The notes under the pieces: model-generated
The model's database searches: none
What the model was told of the DNA's origin: nothing
What the model saw: the letters and a program-made list of their open reading frames with translations, nothing else
In this document: positions 10,076-16,859 of the stretch, piece after piece
Numbering within the stretch: the first letter of the stretch is position 1
Layout of the letters: each line of letters opens with the position of its first letter
Program-made: the position numbers and the translations under genes
NCBI RefSeq assembly: GCF_006345805.1
Contig: NW_021825144.1
Location: forward strand, 1 to 16,859
Length of the DNA stretch: 16,859 bases
Source: Octopus sinensis
Lineage: Eukaryota
Direction of reading: 5' to 3'

Positions 10076-10469
10076 GGAAGAGAGATAGTTCAAATTTACA
10101 AAAAAAAAATGAAGACAAGAGTAGGAATAACAAGCAGGCGTATTAGTCTAACGCTCAGGAAGAATGGAAAAATCTTTTACGTTTCGAACCTACACTCTTC
10201 AATAGAAAGGACTAAGAAGAAAATAAAAAGGAGAGAGGAAAAATGTGCAAAGATGACCGGCAAAAGGAGGATGAATGAAAGGGAGATAATTATAATAATG
10301 ATAACAGTGACCCCATCGAACTAAGGCGCGTAAGCGTGTGTGAATGTGTATGTGTGAGTGGGGGTAAGTGTGTGAGTATGTATGTGTGTGAGCTGAAAAT
10401 TATGTGGACCTGTATGCGTGTATGTGTATAACTAACCCAATGAATACAGTATATGGAGCGATATGCATT

Positions 10470-10628
10470 CGATGGATTTGAAGAACAAATGGAACCCAAC
10501 ACTTATTCTCCTAAAGTATAGTACTCGTTCTATAGGCGCTTTTGCCAAATCCATAATTCAGGGGTACATAAACATACCAGCACCAATCGTTCGAGAATCA
10601 TAGGCACAAGGTCTCAGTCTTACACACA

Positions 10629-10675
<47 letters not shown>

Positions 10676-10700
10676 CACACACACACACACATACGCTGCG
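10470..10700 (-). mobile_element. Decayed SINE with internal (CA)n
   Basis: 10515-10555 is an inverted, diverged match to 8451-8490. (CA)n lies at 10622-10691. The boundaries are approximate. Confidence 0.5.
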
Positions 10701-10869
10701 CGAACTCTGAAAACGATAACATTTGTAAAGGTCATCATATCTTTTCAATTGATCAATCGATCGAATGAATAAACCGAAACGTGAGCGCACCTAGGAAGTG
10801 TCAGAAACAGCTGTAAGTCTTTGATGCACAAATAAATAATTGCGGAAACTTCATTATATATGTCTTTTC

Positions 10870-11380
10870 TTGTATATCACTGTGTCTAAATCTCAGTTCT
10901 GTGGAGGAGGACAGGCAGAAACAGCGTGCAGGAAAGATGGATCCGGGTCCTTCGGGAGACTCACCATCGAAGGGATCCAAACGCAAAAGTCTCAGACCTG
11001 ATCCGGCGGTTGATCTCCGCTGGTGACTTTCTTCTCCGTAACCAGTGAACTCTCGGACCTGCTCAGTCTGAATGCCATTGAGATGCACAATGGCCTGCAA
11101 ACCATCTGTTCTTAGAGCTTTTGTCATATCTGTGCTGATCCTGAGACCAAATGCAGTGTCTTCGTTAGATCCTTAGTGTTTCCCTATGCGACCAAATGTC
11201 AAACAGCATCGGAGAACAATAACAGCAGCAACTATCCATTGAATAAGAGAAGTCCGGCTGCACAGGCTACAGTAGTTTTGCCACGTCTGCAGAATGAGCA
11301 CTGGAAGACTACCATAGTTTGTGGAGGTAGCGGCTCACATACAGGAGAGTCCAGCACAGTGCACCAAAGAAGACATGGGC
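10870..11380 (-). mobile_element. RTE-like LINE reverse transcriptase fragment, heavily decayed
   Basis: Minus strand reads AFGLRISTDMTKAL, LNGIQTEQVREF (cf. xxVxxFxYLGS), EINRRIRSETFAFGSLRW and TLFLPVLLHRTEI* (cf. LILPVLLYGSETW). The higher-coordinate boundary is uncertain. Confidence 0.7.
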
Positions 11381-11389
11381 GCAACAAAT

Positions 11390-12181
11390 TGAGAATGGCT
11401 TGAAGTCCTTCAAAGTGAAATTATTCAGGACCCATGTCATTATTTAGGACCCATGTCACATCCTTATCCATTTACAAAACGACTGTTCCTGGGGTTCTCT
11501 TTTAGCTTGGGGAACAACCAAAATCACAGGGAGAAATATCTGGACCTAAGGGAGGGTAGGGAAAAGTTTTGGTAGCCATGTCGGTCAAAAACTTGGTTAC
11601 CAGGTTGCTCGTCACTGGGCATCCTTGGAATAAACATTTACACAAATTTTGAACATGTTTTGATCTTCATGAATAATTCTGTCTACAGCTGTCACAACAA
11701 ATCCAAACTATACGTTTATTGTCTTTATCCAGAAAACTGCGAATTTTCCCAACCAGAGCTGATGTTCTGATGCCCCTTTCCCTCCTTCCTTCCCTCACCT
11801 CTCATCGTCTCTCACATCGTCTCCGCCGTCTTGAACCTCTTGTGCCAGCAAAAAACAGATGCTCAGTTCAGGCAAGTTAATTCGTTAGCAATCTGGAACA
11901 TTTCATAAGTTTCTGCCTTTGTCCAGTTTACTACAAAACGTTTATACATAGCGAGTTTCGAAAATCCCGATTGCATGCTAGAAACTAGTCAGTAGTAAAA
12001 AGCAATATTTAGTAGGATGTGTTCAAAATGCTGTTACAGTTGTTTCCTTCATTCTGGAATGACAAAAATAGGCAGTTCAACGTAATAGATATATACAAAT
12101 GATATACTAAAATTGCGATAACCTAGGACGGTTATAACTGCGACTCCTAGAGATATATCAAAACCTTTGGAATGGACCTTG
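11390..12181 (-). mobile_element. Mariner element 5: decayed, internally deleted, 3'-truncated
   Basis: TA at 12182-12183 with a TIR-like CAAGGTCCATTCCAAAGGTTT on the minus strand. Translation gives ETYEMFQIA...ASVFCWHKRFK..DDVRDDER, IHEDQNMFKIC and FPYPPLGPDISPCDF..FPKLKEN (cf. HPPYSPDLAPCDFWLFPKLK). Confidence 0.82.
11421..11458. repeat. 19-bp tandem duplication
   Basis: TTATTCAGGACCCATGTCA followed by TTATTTAGGACCCATGTCA (18/19). Confidence 0.9.
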
Positions 12182-12189
12182 TAATTTCC

Positions 12190-12620
12190 TGTCCCTTTTG
12201 TGCACCAGTTTAATTATTTTCTCTTTTTGTATCGCAAAAAGATACGTTTCAAAATGAAAGGTCATACATTGTTGTTAGTCAATTGAAGATGGACCAAGTC
12301 GTCCATCTTGGATATTCTATTTTTTGTTACTCATAAGATTTCTGATAGTATATCCTTGCATGCCATTCTTTTTAGACACAGAAAGATTTTCGTCCTATGT
12401 CCTGTTGTGTACGTCTTCTTCGTTTATAACTGGAAATATCCTCCTATGAGCTTCTTTCCAACCGTCATAAATGTTTTTTTCATATATGTAGAATTGATCC
12501 GCAGATATACTTAGAGCTTTGCTGAATGGTAGATAGCGGTGACGGTAGTTGATGTAACACCCAAGAGTTGTCTGAATCAATATTTTGCCTCTGATTTTGC
12601 AAAATCTTAATTTGTTGTAA
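12190..12620 (-). mobile_element. Second, older R4/Dong-like LINE fragment
   Basis: Minus strand TFHFETYLFAIQKEKIIKLVHKR aligns with TSHFKGYAFSIQELEIATKYLMTKR of the 8551 element. IQTTLGCYI aligns with VQTTLECCI, and KKNGMQGY matches the KxxHG motif. Confidence 0.6.
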
Positions 12621-13029
12621 GTTGAAGCTTTCTTTATTCGTAAGTTACTTGGTGGAGAGTTGTTGTTCCTGGATTGCATGGAAGTTATCTTCAATGCGTG
12701 ATGAAAGACAAAGAAGAAATAACCAATGTGAAATATTTTCTCTATATTCTACTTATTTGTTTTTGTTTGAAGTACTTACGGTACAACCTTCTGAATGAAG
12801 TGGTATGTTTTTTTGAAATTTTTTTTTTTTTTGCATTGAGATTTTCTTTCGATAGAATTTTGTATCAGTTTTATTTCATGCCTTTTCTCAAGTTCATTAG
12901 CGATCCTAATGGTGCTTCTGTTTCGTGCTCAAACACTTGTGCAAGATAGTTACTGATTTTATTTTATCTTCTACTGGATATGTTGCTTCGGTGTTATACA
13001 CCGGGTCTCGTATGATGTCAATACAAATA

Positions 13030-13335
13030 AATATGTGTGTATATGCATATGCATACTTACACACGCACATCCAAACACACCCAGACACACACACACACAC
13101 AAACACACATTCACATACACACACATGCAATACATACTTATATATACATACACACACACACCACACATATATATATATATATACATATATACATATATAT
13201 ATACATGCACATATAAATATTTAGAGATAAATATATACGTGTATGTGTGCGTGCGTGTGCGTGCTTATGTGTGTGTGTTTGTATGTGTGTATCTGTGTGT
13301 ATGTTTAAGCGTGTGTGCGTGCGTGTGTTTGTGTT
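13030..13335. repeat. (CA)n/(TA)n/(TG)n compound microsatellite
   Basis: Directly visible. Confidence 0.95.
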
Positions 13336-13774
13336 TAGTATCTCTGCATGAGTATAAGTCTGTCTCTATGATTTTCAGTCATATAACGTACGTGAAAGAT
13401 TTCGTTCAGGCGTTCATAGATAATAAAATTACCAACATGAAACGGCCTCTTCCATGGTAACCGCAGTTCATCTGAAATGTATTTCTTTTCAACTTGTTTC
13501 TCTTTATATATTTTCCTGTGATTTCATGCGTGTAGTAAAGCCACTTTATTTATGTCTCTTATGAGTTAGGACGCCAATAATTTCTTCTTTTTTGCATCTT
13601 ATTGTTGTCTTTATTGTTGCTGTTATTTAGCCCCAAGCCACCTTTTATCAAAGGCATTCCAATCTTGACCATCCTGCCTTTGTTTTGAGCTCAGTATTTT
13701 CTAGACTAAACTATCCAATGCGTCATACTTAATCCTAGCCCCCCCCCCGCAAATTGCCGGGCTTGTGCCAAAGT

Positions 13775-14210
13775 CAACGGTATTTACATGAAAGGACGAA
13801 AGTCGTCGCATTGGCCCGAGTGCCAGAGGTGCAATGTTGTAACAAAGCTACAATTCTATCTGACTATAAAACATGTTTGTTGCACATGCCGAACAGTTAT
13901 TTGCAACTTTTCAGTAGCACTTCGATAAACTGTGTGGATGTAGTGGCAGACTACCTTGACTCCCTTTCGAAATCTTTGCTGAGAAAAGCAGAGTGCTGCG
14001 AAAGCAACTGCAGAAGAGACGGTTGGCTGCATGGCAGGCAGATCGCCTGGTTTGAATGATCTATCCTATGAGCTTTACTTTTACCTAACAGACTGGTATG
14101 GAGATCGGTTGCCAGATATTTACTCGGTTCTGTAAATGGAGGAACGATAACGCTGCTAAGAATGGGAGATCAAGTTGATAATTTTCAGTACATAACTCTA
14201 AATGCTGAGG
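13775..14210 (+). mobile_element. L1/Tx1-like LINE ORF2 fragment (linker + RT N-terminus)
   Basis: FQ*HFDKLCG, DYLDSLSKSLLRKAECCE, GRSPGLNDLSYELY (cf. KSPGxDGLPYEFY), GTITLLR and DNFQYITL.NAE (cf. NWRPITLLNxD), in the expected order. Confidence 0.75.
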
Positions 14211-14742
14211 AGCATCCCACGCAATCTAGGATTCCCTTACTTAAAACAAATATAACGCACACATTGGTGAGCATAAACAGATGTGTTCAAAGTCCACATC
14301 AATGTTTAATGAAAAATGTCCCCAAATATATTCAAGGTTACTTAGATCGTTGAAAGCTGACAAAATTGGTCAGTATTAACAAATGTATTTCACTTTCAGT
14401 ACTTTCTGAATGTTATATCCAGATTCGATGACCTGGAAGCAGCTGTTACAGTAAGAACAGCAACAACACCAAGAGTGGAAACAGAAAGGAAAAGAAAACG
14501 CCTGGAGGAAACACAACATCAAGAAGAGTAGCAACGGAAAGCACCCAAACAACAAACAAAAATAAGTGACCAGAGACATGCTCCTCCCCGCTTAGTATCA
14601 TTGCGACTTGTGACGAAGAGGACGGTGAAGAGTCTAAAACTGAAAAGTTTAAAATGCAAAGAAAAGAAAAAGAAACAAATTATTACGTTTATATATTTGT
14701 TTTGCAAGATTTTTGATGTGAAATCGTGTGTTGAAACAGATA

Positions 14743-14944
14743 TTGTTGTATTTAGGAATGGTCATTTTGCCAGTTTAGCCAATAAAAACACACGCACTAT
14801 TTTTTGGTTTTACTTTGCTTTTGGCCGAAATAGGATTAAGATTAATGTAAAAAATAAATAAAGCTGAAGCAAAGTAACACCAAATATATAGTGCATATGC
14901 TTTATTGGCTAAACTGGCAAAATGACCATTCCGAAATACAACAA
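14743..14944. repeat. Long inverted repeat: 78-bp arms, 46-bp spacer
   Basis: Arms at 14743-14820 and 14867-14944 share a perfect 32-bp core, GGAATGGTCATTTTGCCAGTTTAGCCAATAAA. Confidence 0.95.
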
Positions 14945-15632
14945 ATCATATCAACACAAAACACTGACAGATGAAGATGTTTTTGAACAACAATGCACAA
15001 TCATTGTCCTACCAAAACAATTATACGTGTACAGTCAACATAACCATCCCCATCAATATCACCACTCATGAACACCGTCGATTCAAGCACTGCCTAAATG
15101 ACACACACAGCCACAAACAGATCACACTGCCCAACACGAGCAAAGAAGATATTAAATACATAGCCATAAGCACAAGCAATAAATAGCTAATAAACCGTAT
15201 ATACCAGTATACAAACATTACTTACAACAGCTACATTACATTTACTAAAATCACTCTATCGCACATAAAATCATCCAGATACCACAACATGCATACAACA
15301 TCATAAAAAATGAATACCCAGAAGTTATGAGAGACTTCCAAGTACATATCAATAAGAAACGGTACAAGGAACTGTCCGTGGAAATACTCACATCGAACCA
15401 GGAAGACGAACAGGACCGGATTAAAATCATAGGGGGCTCGGAGTACTTCAATTTCGGCAGGTCTTTCATACTTATGTATAAAATATCACCAAATTTAAAT
15501 ATCAAAACCCATCTATTGCGTGCAGAGTAAGCAGAGTAAGTTTAAATGCATTTCTTTAATGCAAAATTTTGTCATCTAAAACTAAGTGTAGCAAGTTTTA
15601 CAAACATACTGCTATACGCTACTTTAATATCT

Positions 15633-15850
15633 ACAAAAAGTCTTCTTTTCTGCATTAAGCATTTAAAAATTTTAATTGAATTCCTCAGACTGTAGTATCT
15701 TTAGAAGATTGCTCTACATCCAAAAGGGACAGAAACTTAGTCTTTCATGGGTCGTAATGGTCCTCAGATAATTATTTTTCACGCCCAATTTGCTGAATGA
15801 ATTCTCTCGGGAACAATTCGTGACCATCAAGCTCAAGAATATTCGAAAAA
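15633..15850 (-). mobile_element. hAT transposase C-terminal dimerisation domain remnant
   Basis: Minus strand reads FRIFLSLMVTNCSRENSFSKLGVKNNYLRTITTHERLS...SNLLKIL..EEF, matching the hAT pattern LxxPVTxxSxERSFSKLKxIKNYLRxTMxQERL. Confidence 0.85.
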
Positions 15851-16056
15851 AAGTTGCAAATTGTACAATTTCTTCTGTAAACTAAAATCACAAGAAAATG
15901 CGGGGACGAGCTTCACATCATCAGATCTTATCTCTGCATCAGGCAAACTACTGAAACAAAGAACTATATTTTATATATGAAAAAAAGAAAGAAAACAAAT
16001 GGTTCGACTTAATGAAAAGTATTTGAATATAAATATTTGAACAATATTTCAATATA

Positions 16057-16100
16057 GGCGCAGGCGTGGCTGTGTGGTAAGAAGCTTGCTTCCCACTGCG
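16057..16100 (+). mobile_element. tRNA-derived SINE head fragment
   Basis: GGCGCAGGCGTGGCTGTGTGGTAAGAAGCTTGCTTCCCA is a GC-rich island with the A-box-like TGGCTGTGTGG. No B box follows. Confidence 0.55.
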
Positions 16101-16859
16101 CATGCCCCACCCAATCAGCCGCAGAATAGAAGTCACCACGCTGGTTTGAAGCTAGTGAAATAGTGGTTAAAAAAGAAGCTCAACTGTAAGGAAAGACTTT
16201 TGTTTTTTGGGGTCCAGTGGGGGTTTGTTGTTTGCCGTAATTATTTTTTTTTACAAACAAGAATTCCTCACTAGTGAATAGGTTTTCTCACTTAATTGTG
16301 AGAATTGTTGTTTGGGGGCGTATCTTGCTTCCAAAAAATTGTTCACTTTTAGTGAATAGCTTTTTTTCAAAAATTGTAAGAATTCACCGAAGATACAACT
16401 TTTTTTTACCAATTTTTGTGGAAGCTGTGTTCCAAATTGTGGCGTTCCGGGTTCAAGTCGGATTACCAAATAGGCCTGGATTACAGAGTGGCCAGAAGAA
16501 TTTTTGCTTGCTGTGTATTTTTTTAACTGTAGACAGTTTTCTTTCCTTCTTCAATTGTTTTTGCGACTTTCTTCTTATGAACTGTTTTCTGTTTTCTTCC
16601 TTCCTTTTTGTTTTGACTTTCTTTTGATTTCTTTCTTTTTCTTCTTGTTTTGAATTTTTATCTGAACTGTTTTTAAACTTTTTCTTAAAAAAACATGGCG
16701 AAGAACAAGGACAATGTTTTGGAGTAGGAAATTGTCCCATCAAAACAGTGGTTGAAAGACTGTGAAGAAAGGACGGTGGTGTTGAGGACTTACTCCAAGT
16801 CTCGACACCATCGCCCAATTTCAAAAGAATGTTATCGAAGGAAGCCGGCAGAGTATCTG

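Noticed and set aside
9350-10324. MYVC/HTYI repeat proteins, or a CRISPR-like array
   Set aside because: These are pure (TATG)n and (TA)n repeats with no repeat-spacer structure and no cas genes, in eukaryotic DNA.
12674-12949. 91-aa hydrophobic ORF
   Set aside because: T-rich compositional artefact with no recognisable motif.
13600-13775. Possible further SINE fragments
   Set aside because: They look familiar as repeat sequence, but there is no in-window copy, box or TSD to support a call.

Overview
AT-rich eukaryotic (metazoan) non-coding DNA, probably intronic or intergenic, with no supportable host gene. About a third is (TA)n/(CA)n/(TATG)n microsatellite and most of the rest is decayed transposons. 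I read five mariner (Tc1/mariner DD34D-type) copies, a Penelope-like RT-linker/GIY-YIG remnant, two R4/Dong-like (restriction-like endonuclease) LINE fragments, an RTE-like RT fragment, an L1/Tx1-like ORF2 fragment, a hAT dimerisation-domain remnant, several tRNA-derived SINE pieces (one full length with a perfect 16-bp TSD) and a 78-bp inverted repeat next to a decayed hammerhead-like motif. The repeat content resembles cephalopod (Octopus) DNA; this is from my recollection of these repeats, not a search. I found no convincing novel system. The most interesting features are nesting and junction structure, one near-intact transposase, and the ribozyme-like/inverted-repeat module.
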